From NCBI GenBank assembly GCA_963768855.1, contig CAVYJM010000011.1, positions 363,331 to 427,330 on the forward strand: a stretch of 64,000 nt of DNA. The letters are read 5' to 3'. Made by a program: the position numbers and the translations under genes. Shown piece by piece: positions 37,945 to 47,641 of this stretch (the first letter of the stretch is position 1; every line of letters begins with the position of its first letter). The notes below the pieces were generated by a model, which was given only the letters and a program-made list of their open reading frames with translations, searched no databases and was not told where the DNA came from. Source of the stretch: an uncultured Thermoplasmata archaeon. GTDB taxonomy: Archaea > Thermoplasmatota > Thermoplasmata > RBG-16-68-12.

Positions 37945-38850
37945 CTAGGTCACGGTCACGTACAGGTGGATCTCCCGGTACGCGCTCGAGAAGTCGTCAT
38001 TCTTGTAGAGGAGGAGCTGGACTTTCCACAGGCCGGCCGCCGGGATGGCGAAGGAGTACGGCTCCGTCCGGTTCGCCCCGTCCGCGACGGTGAGGTTCGT
38101 CCATGTCCACGTGGTGCGGTTGACCTCGACGGTCTCGTTGAAGCCCGCGGTCGCGTTGAACACGATCCGCACGCCAACCAGCTCCACGCGCACGGTGTAG
38201 TTGACCGTCGCGCCCTCGTGGTTCGCGACGCCGATGATCACGCTGCCTGTCTCGTTCACGGTCAGGTTCGTCGGATAGCCGCTCGCGTTCCCGCCCGGGC
38301 CGAGAACGTAGAACTCCGTGAAGGTCTCTCCGGGCCGTGGCGTCAGGACGACGTAGGCGAGGGTACCGCCGGCGACGAGGATGCTCGCGATCAGGGCGAT
38401 CGTCAGGACCTTGTCGAGCATGCCGTACTCCTTCCACTCAGGAAGGCCGAGGACCATGGTCAGGGAGAGCCGCCGCTCCGAGGGCAGCTGCATGCGCCGC
38501 CAGTACGCCGCGTAGCCGACGCCGACCGTGAAGAGCGTGATCGTCGAGACGATCGGGGCGAAGCGGATCCCGAACGGCGTGAAGTTCAGGAGAAGGCCGA
38601 GGAGCGGGACGACGGCGATGCTCAGCCCGAAGGACAGGGCGACCCGCTCGATCCAATCGATCTCGGGCTTCTCCGGCGTGAGGGAACCCGGGAACAGGGC
38701 CGCCACGAGGACGTATCCGGGGATGAAGAGGACAAGGAGGATTGCGAGGAGGTTGCCCACGTTCAGGGCGAGGAGAACTGCGGCCATGACGATGGTATAG
38801 GCCACAACGACGTACAGGTCCCAGGGCTTCTCCTGAAAATGCAGCCTCAC
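37945..38850 (-). CDS. DUF1616 domain membrane protein
   Basis: LFIPGYVLVAALFP, ERVALSFGLSIAVVP, FTEFYVLG...YPTNL and YREIHLYV. Confidence 0.88.
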   Translation of the reverse strand: MRLHFQEKPWDLYVVVAYTIVMAAVLLALNVGNLLAILLVLFIPGYVLVAALFPGSLTPEKPEIDWIERVALSFGLSIAVVPLLGLLLNFTPFGIRFAPIVSTITLFTVGVGYAAYWRRMQLPSERRLSLTMVLGLPEWKEYGMLDKVLTIALIASILVAGGTLAYVVLTPRPGETFTEFYVLGPGGNASGYPTNLTVNETGSVIIGVANHEGATVNYTVRVELVGVRIVFNATAGFNETVEVNRTTWTWTNLTVADGANRTEPYSFAIPAAGLWKVQLLLYKNDDFSSAYREIHLYVTVT

Positions 38851-39010
38851 GCCAGACCTCTCGCCCGGTGCAGGCGAGACGGTCGTTTAACCGTTTTCCT
38901 ACGTTGCCTCAGGACGCGGGGTGGCCGCTCCAGGAGCCGACGAGGACGCACGCTCTTCGTTCGATGACGATCGACTTCGGATCGTCTGCCTGGCCGGGTC
39001 GGCGAGTCGA

Positions 39011-39379
39011 CTACCACCACCGCCCGTCCCCGAGCCTGCGGATGACCCACTCCTGGTCTCCCCATTCATCCATCTCCGCCAACGCGAGGCCGATCGCGTG
39101 ATGCAGGGGTTCGTGGGTGAACACGTGGACGAAGACCTCCCGCCACGTGATCCCCTTCGGGAGCTGGTCCATCTGCCACAGGTGGACCGCCGTCGTGCTC
39201 CGGTACGCGTGGAAGTCCGGGTCAGGGGACCCGAACGTGACGGCGAGACGGAGAAACCGGTTGTGCCTCGCCCACCTAACGATCTGCCGTTCGCGCGGGG
39301 GGACCTCCGACTCTCGGAAGAAGAAGACCCATTCGATCCCGCCGTCCCGCAACACGCGGGTCTCCCTCGGTTCGAGCAT
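39011..39379 (-). CDS. Small hypothetical protein with an HExxH motif
   Basis: FTHEPLHHAI, followed by an acidic helix. Confidence 0.5.
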   Translation of the reverse strand: MLEPRETRVLRDGGIEWVFFFRESEVPPRERQIVRWARHNRFLRLAVTFGSPDPDFHAYRSTTAVHLWQMDQLPKGITWREVFVHVFTHEPLHHAIGLALAEMDEWGDQEWVIRRLGDGRWW

Positions 39380-39467
39380 GGGCCTCGTCGACCTCACTCC
39401 GTGCGGGTAGATACGGACTCGCCGATCGGCTCACCGGAAGGAGTCCGCCGGAGCGCCGGACGCAGCG

Positions 39468-40010
39468 TCACTTCTCGTTCTGCGCGACCTTGAGCATCTC
39501 GCGGCAGAACGCGGGCAAGTCCATCGGATAGCGTGAGGTCACGAGGTTGCCGTCGACGACGACCTCCTCGTCCTCCCACTTCCCGCCTGCCTTCTGGATC
39601 TCCTGGGGCACGCCGTCGTGCCAGTAGGAGGTCAGGCGGCGTCCCTTGACCAGGTCGGCGGAGACGAGGGTCCATGGCCCGTGACAGATCGAGGCGACCG
39701 GTTTGTCCTTCGCGAAGAAGGAGCGGGCGATCTCCTGGGCCCGCTTGATCTTGCGCACGGTGGCGGGCGCGCCGTCCGGGAACCCGCCGGGGATCAGGAG
39801 GAGGTCGTACTCGTCGGGGTTGACCTGGGCGATCGTCTTGGCCGGCTTCAGGCTGTAGCCGTGTTCCCCACCGATCGGATCCAGGGTCGGGGCGGCGATG
39901 TCCACGTCCCACCCCTCCTCGAGGAGGCGGAACAGTGGGACGAACACTTCCATGTCCTCGAACTTGTCGGCCGTCAGGATGACGGCCTTGCGAGTGCGGT
40001 TGGCGGAGAT
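39468..40010 (-). CDS. PfpI/DJ-1 family protease/deglycase
   Basis: ILTADKFEDME, LLIPGG, SICHGPW and LVTSR. No nearby canonical start (ATC at 40010 is a candidate). Confidence 0.88.
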   Translation of the reverse strand: MSANRTRKAVILTADKFEDMEVFVPLFRLLEEGWDVDIAAPTLDPIGGEHGYSLKPAKTIAQVNPDEYDLLLIPGGFPDGAPATVRKIKRAQEIARSFFAKDKPVASICHGPWTLVSADLVKGRRLTSYWHDGVPQEIQKAGGKWEDEEVVVDGNLVTSRYPMDLPAFCREMLKVAQNEK

Positions 40011-40098
40011 GTGGTTGGCCCCCGGCGCGCCAGGTGAGCGGGGTATTTCAGGATGTGCCGTCACGAGCCCGGCCAACTCGAGACCGGTGGCCCGTCTG

Positions 40099-41565
40099 TC
40101 AACCGGCAAGCCGGCGCAGGAAGCGCCTCATCTTGTGCAGCGGATAGGCCAGGAATCTCTGGCTCTGCTGGACCGCCCGCCGGGAGATCGCCTCGGCCGA
40201 CGTGTAGGCGGCCTTCAGGTCCTGCAGCTCGCTCCGCGGGGAGAAGAAGACGTAGATCGGGATCCCGACCGCGAGCAGGATCAGGGAGATTGCGATGAGC
40301 AGCGGACTGACCAGCGCCATCAAGGTCAGGGAGAAGAGGGCGCCCGCCAACGGGATCGCGCGTTTCAGGCGGAGTCCGCGGGAGACCTGGGGATGCTTCT
40401 TCTCCAGGACCAGGGTGGAGATGCAGGTCATGAAGTACACGAAGGCGAGAAGGAACACAGAGGAGGAGATCAGATCCGTGAGCCCGCCCAACAGACTGGC
40501 GACATAGGCCGCGGCACACAGGACGATCAATCCGACGTAGGGCGTCTTGAACCTCGCGTGCGTCCGGCTGAAGGCCCGAGGGAGAAGGCCGTCGATGGAC
40601 ATCGCGTACACCAGGCGTGAGGTCCCGACGGTCCCCGACTCATCGGCCCCGGTGATCGACAGCAGGGCGCCCACCGCGACGACGAGCACGACAACGCTCG
40701 TCAGGAGGACCGGGGAGCCGAACATCGCGTATGCCGCGTCGATGAGCGGGCTGCTGGAGCTCGCGAGGATGCTCCCGCCGACCGATCCGATGACCACGAA
40801 GTTCGTGAGGAAGTAGAAGGCGATGACAATGAGCATGCCGACCAGGATGGCCCGCGGGATCGTTCGCGCGGGCCGATCGACCTCATCGGTCGGGATCGTG
40901 GAGAGCTCGAATCCCGCGTACGCCCAGAAGATGAGGACGAGGGCTCGACCGAAGGCAACGAGGTCGCCGGTGAGCGGGGGCTGGAAGTTCGATTCGAATC
41001 TCCCGGGTTGCAGGCCCAGAAACGCGAGGCCCCCCAAGACGATGAGGAACAGCGGGGCGAGCTTGGCGATCGTCAGGCCGTCGTTGAACCGTCCCGCGGC
41101 CTTGACCCCGACCAGGTTCGTGACCAGGATGATCGCGATGAACACCGCCTTCAGCAGGGCTCTCCCCAGATCGCTGATGCCCGGATCGAAGAACAGGAAG
41201 TACTGGGTGAAGGCGACCGGGAAGACCGCGAGGGAGAAGAATTCCGCGAGGAGGAGACCCCAGCCGACGAGGAACCCTGCGAAGGGGTTGAACGCCTCCC
41301 TCACGAAGGCATAGGGGCCACCGACCTTTGGCAGGATCAGGACGCAGTGGGCGAAGGAGAGGGCGATCACCATCGCCATCGCGCCGGCCAGGACCCAGAC
41401 CAGGAGGGAGGCGGGGCCGATGAGCTTGGCGCCGATCGCGGTCGCCACGTACACGTCCGCGCCGATGATCGACCCAACGACCAGGCTCGTGACGTCAAAG
41501 GTGCTGAGTTTGGAGGCCGGACCCCCGGCGTTCGCTGGGCTTCCTCTCCGCATCCCGGGGCACAT
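40099..41565 (-). CDS. APC-family amino acid permease
   Basis: VGSIIGADVY, GGPYAFV, WAYAGFE and about 12 TM segments. Confidence 0.9.
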   Translation of the reverse strand: MCPGMRRGSPANAGGPASKLSTFDVTSLVVGSIIGADVYVATAIGAKLIGPASLLVWVLAGAMAMVIALSFAHCVLILPKVGGPYAFVREAFNPFAGFLVGWGLLLAEFFSLAVFPVAFTQYFLFFDPGISDLGRALLKAVFIAIILVTNLVGVKAAGRFNDGLTIAKLAPLFLIVLGGLAFLGLQPGRFESNFQPPLTGDLVAFGRALVLIFWAYAGFELSTIPTDEVDRPARTIPRAILVGMLIVIAFYFLTNFVVIGSVGGSILASSSSPLIDAAYAMFGSPVLLTSVVVLVVAVGALLSITGADESGTVGTSRLVYAMSIDGLLPRAFSRTHARFKTPYVGLIVLCAAAYVASLLGGLTDLISSSVFLLAFVYFMTCISTLVLEKKHPQVSRGLRLKRAIPLAGALFSLTLMALVSPLLIAISLILLAVGIPIYVFFSPRSELQDLKAAYTSAEAISRRAVQQSQRFLAYPLHKMRRFLRRLAG

Positions 41566-41767
41566 CCTCCCGGAGGTTCTTAGCGGCTTCGTTCCTCCGC
41601 TTCCGGCTTCGGCGTTGCGCGGTCCCGGATGGGGATCGTCCGGGAGGCGTCCGTCCTCGCGTCGGGATGCCGCCTTGGCTTCGCAATTCGGGCATCCGGA
41701 GGGGCCGAAAAGGTGAAGGGTCCTCTCGCGATAGGATGACGCACGAGAAGCAGGAGGGTGCGGTAAC

Positions 41768-42025
41768 ATGGAGGACAGCGCGGGCAAGAGCAACGACGAA
41801 TGGTTCGAGGCGAATCTCCAGGACCTCGTGGGGAAGTACCCGCGTCAGTGGATCGCGGTCTTGGAGGGCACGGTGATCTGCACCTCCGCGTCGAGAGGCC
41901 GGGCCAGGGCGGAGGCGAAGAGGCTCGCTGGCGGACGGGAATTCTCCCTCTACTTCATCGAGCCCAGCATGCTCCAGATGGGGTTCGCCCGCGGACGTTC
42001 CCCTCCGGGCGAAGGCTCGGGATAG
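41768..42025 (+). CDS. DUF5678-like small protein
   Basis: WF..N...L..KYP.QWIAV..G.VI pattern. Confidence 0.7.
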   Translation: MEDSAGKSNDEWFEANLQDLVGKYPRQWIAVLEGTVICTSASRGRARAEAKRLAGGREFSLYFIEPSMLQMGFARGRSPPGEGSG

Positions 42026-42211
42026 GCGAGGACCCACGGCCTGGATTGGGCTCAATCCCATCCGACCCGGGCTCGCCGAGGGTCGGTTCCCAAGGAGTAT
42101 CTTATAGGGAGGACGGCATTCCGGAGGCGCCGCATGGCGGGATGATCCCCGTTCGCCGCCTCACGTCGAGCGCGGCCAGCGCGGCAGGAACGACTCGAGG
42201 AGAGGGGAATC

Positions 42212-42451
42212 ATGGCGTTCGTCGATCCGTTGGCACTTCAGCTCTTCACGCTTGCCTTCGTCGCGGGATTGCTGTTCTACTCCGGAGTTGTCGGATACAT
42301 CTCGTACACGCGCCACGGCCACCACCGCGCCTACGAGCACCTCCGGGGTCAGGCCGTGCCCCTCGCGGGCATCGGAGTGATCGTCTTTGCGATTGGGATC
42401 TGGGGAGAGCTGACCTGGCCCCTCCCGGGGTTCTCCAACATCCTCTTCTAG
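42212..42451 (+). pseudogene. Truncated DUF981-like membrane protein
   Basis: MAFVDPL...ELTWPLPGFSNILF then a stop. The family normally continues well past the NILF motif (recalled). Confidence 0.6.
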
Positions 42452-42535
42452 ATCCAGTGCGCTTACTTGCCGGCGGAAAAACGAAAGGTGACCGGATCAC
42501 GATCCGGTCGTTGGGTCTTCTTCGAAGGAAGACGT

Positions 42536-43045
42536 TCAGAACTGCGCGAAGGTCGGCAGCGTCTCGGTGGACTTCACGCCGGGCACGTCGTTGACCTGCT
42601 TCACGATCGAGGAGAACATGCTGTCCCGGTTCTCCGCTCCGATGCGGGCGATGACGTCCACGTCTCCGGTCGTCCCGATGACCGTCTCGACGCCGGCGAG
42701 CTTGCTCAGCTCACTGGTCGCCCGAGCCGGGTCGGCGCTCCGGATGAGGATGTACGCGCTGGCCGCGTGGCCGTCCTTCTCCGAGCTCTTCCAGTTCTGG
42801 AGGCTCGGGTACGAACGCAATCCGCGGACGTTGTCCATCGACTGGACATGGGCCGCGAACTTTTGGAGCTCCTCCGTGGTCCGGAAGCTGGCCGCGACGG
42901 CAACGTCATGCCGTCCGAGGACCGCCTCGGCCTTGGTGACATGGGGTTGCTCTCGAATCGTCTTCAACGTTCTCTCGACATAGCCTGGCGCCACCTTGAG
43001 AAGGATAACGCTGTCACCGTTCAGGTCCGTGGTCATGTGTTTCAC
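42536..43045 (-). CDS. Tandem Lrp/AsnC ligand-binding-domain protein without an HTH
   Basis: Two copies of the AYILI....V..V.G..DV.A.....V...PGVKSTET pattern. Confidence 0.8.
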   Translation of the reverse strand: MKHMTTDLNGDSVILLKVAPGYVERTLKTIREQPHVTKAEAVLGRHDVAVAASFRTTEELQKFAAHVQSMDNVRGLRSYPSLQNWKSSEKDGHAASAYILIRSADPARATSELSKLAGVETVIGTTGDVDVIARIGAENRDSMFSSIVKQVNDVPGVKSTETLPTFAQF

Positions 43046-43278
43046 TCAGTCGTCCTACCAGGCCCGAGCACTTATAGTTAGGTAAACCGAATAGATGCAC
43101 CCTCTAACGGGTTCGAACGAGAAATGGTCGGCGCGTGACTCGCCGGTTTCTCCAGAGGATTGCGGTTTTCGTTCAAGTCCGGGCAACATCTGGAGGATCG
43201 GCGGTCCGGCGAATCCGGAGGTCCCGATCACCGAGGGGATGTTTCCGAGAAAGGGCCCACTCCTTCGAGCGGGATTCT

Positions 43279-43458
43279 TCATGGGCCGCGACGGGGCTTG
43301 AAGCTCCAGGCAATCAGGACCGCGCCGGCGGCTGCGTAGACCAACCCGAACCCAATCAGGGCGCCCGCAGCTTGGTCTCGCCCGTATTCGGCGAGGAGGA
43401 TCCCGGCAGAGATGAACCAGATCCCCAACAGCACGACGGGTGTGCGGACGGTTCGCAT
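43279..43458 (-). CDS. Small 2-TM protein (59 aa, below the ORF-track cutoff)
   Basis: MRTVRTPVVLLGIWFISAGILLAEYGRDQAAGALIGFGLVYAAAGAVLIAWSFKPRRGP*, with purine-rich GGAAGGAAC before the ATG. Confidence 0.55.
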   Translation of the reverse strand: MRTVRTPVVLLGIWFISAGILLAEYGRDQAAGALIGFGLVYAAAGAVLIAWSFKPRRGP

Positions 43459-43514
43459 GTTCCTTCCCTGCCCCGCCTCGCTGCCCTACGATCCCATCTC
43501 AGTTGGCCGGACCG

Positions 43515-43937
43515 CTAAGGCTGCTGGCTCTCCAGCTTCTGGATGCCCTCATCGATGAATTCGAGGATGGCGTTCAAGTCCGCGAGGTGTTGATCGACTC
43601 GGCGTAGCCCCTCTTCTGATTTCTCGTGGCTTGGCTGTCCTGCGTGGCCAGCGCGAGTCATTTCCCGGTGGTCCTCCGAGAGAACTTCCCTCCGACTGAT
43701 CGTGTCTTGCCGGAGTTCAAGCAACCCCTTGAGCCGGACCGCCAGCGGGGCGTCCCGGTACTCTTCGACTTGGTAGGTCAGCCGTGCGGCGTGAAATAGA
43801 ATCGGGAAACCGAAAACCCCCTCATCCTCAAGCTGCCTCAACAGCTGCTGTCGCCGCTCATTCGACATTCCGCCGTATCCGGCGAGCATCTCCCCGAATC
43901 GCGACATGCTATCCGACAGAAACGGGAGCAGAGCCAC
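43515..43937 (-). CDS. Hypothetical helical protein
   Basis: 140-aa ORF in a lower-GC stretch. No motif recognised. Confidence 0.5.
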   Translation of the reverse strand: MALLPFLSDSMSRFGEMLAGYGGMSNERRQQLLRQLEDEGVFGFPILFHAARLTYQVEEYRDAPLAVRLKGLLELRQDTISRREVLSEDHREMTRAGHAGQPSHEKSEEGLRRVDQHLADLNAILEFIDEGIQKLESQQP

Positions 43938-44114
43938 TTAAGGGTTCGGAAACGATGATCTCATGTCCGGCAGGGTTCAAGTCTGTCTGGACCCACGCCA
44001 TGGATGGGATAGTGCCCGCCCGCCGCGGACACATCCGCCTCGCGTCTGCCTTCTTATGTTCGGATTACGTCGTCGTAGCCCTCGTTCCCCGCCAACGCCC
44101 GCCCCTTACAGCTG

Positions 44115-44930
44115 TCAATTCAATTCGTAACGAGCAATCCACATGATCTTACCAAACCTTGGGAGCTTGAGCAGAAGCCGATACCAGCCCCATTTCTTCT
44201 CTTTTGTCTTCAGATAGTAGGATTCGCTAAGCAGCCTGATGCCGGAGTGCCAGTGCTCTGGGGCATGGCTATCTTCCATCCCCCAATTGAAGATCGCCTC
44301 CTTTCCCAAGTGAAATCGTCGCTCGAACTTCCTCCGTCCAAGCTTGCCTCTTGCGATTTTCGTTCCCCAGGCGCTGCAAGTCTCGAATGCGAGTTCCGCG
44401 CCGGAGAACCTCTCTTGAATCTTCAACACGACCGATTTGACCTCGTCTTCATGGAGGTACATGAACAGACCCTCGGCCAAGAATAGGAACGGCTTCCCAC
44501 GGTGCACCTCGGAGAGCTTCGTCATCCAGCTAGAATCGAGTACCGAGGATGAAATTGAATGGTAGCGATCGGTCTCCTCAAAGAAGCGCTTTCTCATCGC
44601 GATAACCCCCGGGAAATCGAGGTCGTACCAGTTGCACCTACCGTTGTCCATTCTGGTGAAGCGAGTATCCAGGCCGCATCCCAGATTCACAATGACGCCA
44701 TCGGGTGCACGTGATAGGAAGGCACCTACGAGTTCATCGAAAACCTTCGTACGAACCGCAATCATCACCTGCAGTTGCCTTCGCTGGAAGGGAGCCTGCA
44801 CATTGAGTTGTCTAAAGATCTCGACTGCTTTGGGATCTCGTATGATCGGCTTCTCGGACTCGGTTTCCAGCGCTCGACAGTAGAGAGGGATGAACAGCGT
44901 CTCTGCAACATCTGGGAGTTCTTTCACCAT
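44115..44930 (-). CDS. Class I SAM-dependent methyltransferase (LCM/TcmP-like)
   Basis: ETLFIPLY.RA, VNLGCGLDTR, WYDLDFP and AEGLFMYL. Start ATG 44930 with RBS GAGGAA. Confidence 0.92.
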   Translation of the reverse strand: MVKELPDVAETLFIPLYCRALETESEKPIIRDPKAVEIFRQLNVQAPFQRRQLQVMIAVRTKVFDELVGAFLSRAPDGVIVNLGCGLDTRFTRMDNGRCNWYDLDFPGVIAMRKRFFEETDRYHSISSSVLDSSWMTKLSEVHRGKPFLFLAEGLFMYLHEDEVKSVVLKIQERFSGAELAFETCSAWGTKIARGKLGRRKFERRFHLGKEAIFNWGMEDSHAPEHWHSGIRLLSESYYLKTKEKKWGWYRLLLKLPRFGKIMWIARYELN

Positions 44931-45301
44931 TTCCTCACCCCCTCTTCGAGCCCCACCGCGCCGTCGATATGGGGTCTTGTGTTCTTGTTCGGTTTCGCGG
45001 CGGAGAACGACCTCACGCAGCCAGACTGGTGACCCGGGAGCTGGGCATAGGTCGTCGGCGAATCGCTCTCGTCCCCTATCAAGGATCGCCCCTACCTGGG
45101 GTGCCATTCCTCACAACAAACATCCGGGAGGGTTCGAACCCGATGAGATTCGAAGCATCCCGTGCCGCCACGGTACTCCCTCATCGCAGAGGATGTCACC
45201 TCGGTGATTGTCCGCGGGCCTTCGGTGGCCGATCTGGGAGGAGTGGCGGGCCTGCGAGACCCGCGCGATTCCGTCAACGTTATCCCCCGCCGCGGTGGTG
45301 A

Positions 45302-45781
45302 GTGCTCGAGGGAGATTCCGTGGCCGTCGATTTTGCCATGAAGCGTGCGCCGAAGTACCGAGTGGCATCCGTCCGCTTCGTCGGACCGTACCAGGAAAAG
45401 CGCATCCGGTCCGAGTGGGAGGGAATCGCGAGCTGGGCGGAGGCCAAAGGCCTGAAGACGGGCCGGTGGTTCTTCTCCGAGGACGGCGAAGGCCCACGAT
45501 ACAAATTCGAGGTCGCGATCGAGGTGCGAGGTCCGGCGAAGTCGGATCGCAAGGTGCGCCTCCGGACGTTCCCCGCGTCGCCCATCGCGACCGTGACGTT
45601 CAATCCGGACCAGGTCGAGCCGCGGGTCATCTACCACGGACTCAATGACTGGCTCCGCTCGCGGAAGAAGGACAAGACGATCAAGCGGGCGCGGACGTGG
45701 CGCGAGGTCTACACGGGCAACCCGTGGAAGGACGCGAAGGCGTGGTCGAAGACGGAGATCCAGGTCCTCGTCTCGAAGTGA
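45302..45781 (+). CDS. GyrI-like small-molecule-binding protein
   Basis: VASVRFVGPY...W..I..WA...G and IYHGLNDWL...REVY.GNP. Confidence 0.7.
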   Translation: MLEGDSVAVDFAMKRAPKYRVASVRFVGPYQEKRIRSEWEGIASWAEAKGLKTGRWFFSEDGEGPRYKFEVAIEVRGPAKSDRKVRLRTFPASPIATVTFNPDQVEPRVIYHGLNDWLRSRKKDKTIKRARTWREVYTGNPWKDAKAWSKTEIQVLVSK

Positions 45782-46057
45782 TCCCGGTCCCGACAGGATC
45801 AGGCTCGCGTGACTTCGACGCGCGAGCGTCCTGAAGACGGTTCCCTCAACGCGCGTCCCCGGGGTCGTCCTCGGGGCGACAGAACCCTAGACGCCCCGAT
45901 CCCGAGCGAGAACCGGGAGAAGATGGCGTGTCCTTTCGTTGATGCGGATCTCTGGATTGAGTCGCGTCCGGCATTGCCTCGCTCCCGGCGTCCGTCGCTA
46001 TCAATGTTGAAAAGAGGGGGGCGAAGTATATCCGGAGCAGGAGGAGGTACGTCGCCG

Positions 46058-46750
46058 ATGGCGACGGCGCGTCGGGTCCGACCTCGTACCCTGTCTCTCG
46101 TCTTCGGGGCCTACGTCGTGGTCGTCTTCGGGGTCACCTTCTTCGTTTCCACCCCGCTCTCCATCTACGTCGACCCGGGCGCGACCCGCTGGATCTGCGC
46201 CGCCTACGTGCTCCTGGGAGCGCTCGTCTTGGTGGCTGTGTGCGTAGGGGCCTTCGCACGCTCCGCGCGTCTCGACGCGCGCCTCGCGGAGCTCGAGGAC
46301 GCGCAACGCGAAGCCCCGGCGGCCGCCCCGGCGGGCGTCCCGGCGTCGCCCCTCGAGGAGGCCGCGCTCCCGGCCGAACCGTCAGACCAGGACGTCGACC
46401 AACTCCTCGAGGAACTCCACCACATCGGCGAGGCCGCGGCGGAAGCGGGGCCCGGCGAGGAGCCCGAGGCACCGTCGGGGCAGATGGCCGAGGCGACCGC
46501 CGGCCTGCGAGAGGCCCGCAGCCGCGAGTTCCGGCGGCTGACGAGGATCCGCGACGCCGTCGCCGCCACCGCGGCGGGGCCTGCGATCGCAAGCGCCGGG
46601 CTCCTCGGGGTGTTCGCCACCCTCCTGCCTGCGTCGAATGGGATGCTCCTCGGGAATCTGCAGCTCAACGCGTTCCTGGGGCTCGCGGGACTCGGATGGC
46701 TTGTGGGACTCCCCATCTACGCGGGCGTGAGCTTCCATCGGCTGTCCTAG
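46058..46750 (+). CDS. Uncharacterised 4-TM membrane protein (paralog of 21997-22725)
   Basis: GGAGG RBS before ATG 46058. Same architecture as the paralog. Confidence 0.65.
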   Translation: MATARRVRPRTLSLVFGAYVVVVFGVTFFVSTPLSIYVDPGATRWICAAYVLLGALVLVAVCVGAFARSARLDARLAELEDAQREAPAAAPAGVPASPLEEAALPAEPSDQDVDQLLEELHHIGEAAAEAGPGEEPEAPSGQMAEATAGLREARSREFRRLTRIRDAVAATAAGPAIASAGLLGVFATLLPASNGMLLGNLQLNAFLGLAGLGWLVGLPIYAGVSFHRLS

Positions 46751-46823
46751 GCCGGTGTCGTGGAAGGCGGACCGGGGCGTGCGCGTCGAGTCCCCTTGGG
46801 ACGGCCCGAATCGGGATCCGCTG

Positions 46824-47276
46824 TCAGCCGCCCTCGACCGCGAGGCCGTGGCTTCGCTCGAAACCCGTGATGCGCGGCACGAGGACCCATTCGCGCAGGA
46901 ACGGGAGGAGCCTCGGAGACGGTCGCGCGGCGATGGGCGTTCGGACGTTCCCGCGGTCGTCCACGGCGAGGAGGCCGACCCCTTCCGCCTCGAACCGCCA
47001 CCGCTGCCGGTACGCGGACGAGGCCGCGGCGAGGGGCATCGCGACCCAGGCCCACTCCGCGGCCACCTGGTAGGCGATTGCCTGCCGCAGCGCGCCCGAC
47101 CAGTCGCGCATCTTCATCTCGACCGCCGCGAGCCCATCGGGCCGCACCCCGAGCACGTCGGCCCGGCGGGCGAGGATCGGGACCTCCGTGCGGACCTCGA
47201 ATCCCGCCTCCTCGAGCCACCGCGAGACCGGGTCCAGGAGTTCGGCTTCGACGCGGAAGGCCACGGACCGGGGCAT
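46824..47276 (-). CDS. PD-(D/E)xK-fold nuclease-like protein
   Basis: E.EL...V..WL..G, RADV, VEMK and ALRQAIAY. Start at ATG 47276. Confidence 0.7.
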   Translation of the reverse strand: MPRSVAFRVEAELLDPVSRWLEEAGFEVRTEVPILARRADVLGVRPDGLAAVEMKMRDWSGALRQAIAYQVAAEWAWVAMPLAAASSAYRQRWRFEAEGVGLLAVDDRGNVRTPIAARPSPRLLPFLREWVLVPRITGFERSHGLAVEGG

Positions 47277-47400
47277 GAGCGTCCGGCAGAAGAAGCTGTC
47301 CGTGGGTGGGGCGAACGCTCGAAGGGCGTCCGGGAGAAAGAGGCTTCCGCGCCCGCGAGTCCGTGCCGCTTGGCGAACCGCCGCAGGCGAGGTCGCGGGT

Positions 47401-47480
47401 AGCGTGCTCCTGTCGAGGTAGGCGATCCCCCCGCTCCTCCGCCGTCGGCGTGCTTCCCAGGCATCCACCACGAACGTGCG
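47401..47480 (-). repeat. Dispersed element, copy F
   Basis: 47412-47439 matches 55300-55327 at 26 of 28 nt. Translates as VVDAWEARRRRRSGGIAYLD. Confidence 0.7.
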
Positions 47481-47622
47481 GGGGCTCGACCCTTTCACGA
47501 GGGACTTCGAGGCGAGCCTCGCACCCACGCCCGCCCGCTCGGGGGATTTCCACCTTCGCACCCCTCCCCCGGACGTGGTGTTCCCTTTCTTCGCCCTTGC
47601 CCAAAAGACTAAGTATGGCGGG

Positions 47623-47635
47623 TTCACTAAGTGAA
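47623..47635. promoter_or_regulatory. Palindromic operator upstream of the AbrB-type antitoxin
   Basis: TTCACT-a-AGTGAA, 6 nt before the ATG. Confidence 0.55.
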
Positions 47636-47641
47636 TCGGAT

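Noticed and set aside
42130-42165. Possible fluoride or other riboswitch before DUF981
   Set aside because: Only a loose resemblance; the conserved core spacing is not matched.
45127-45160. tRNA T-arm-like GGTTCGAACCC (related strings near 43109, 51247 and 53730)
   Set aside because: No acceptor stem, D arm or anticodon arm could be built. The matches are too short to call a tRNA or an att site.
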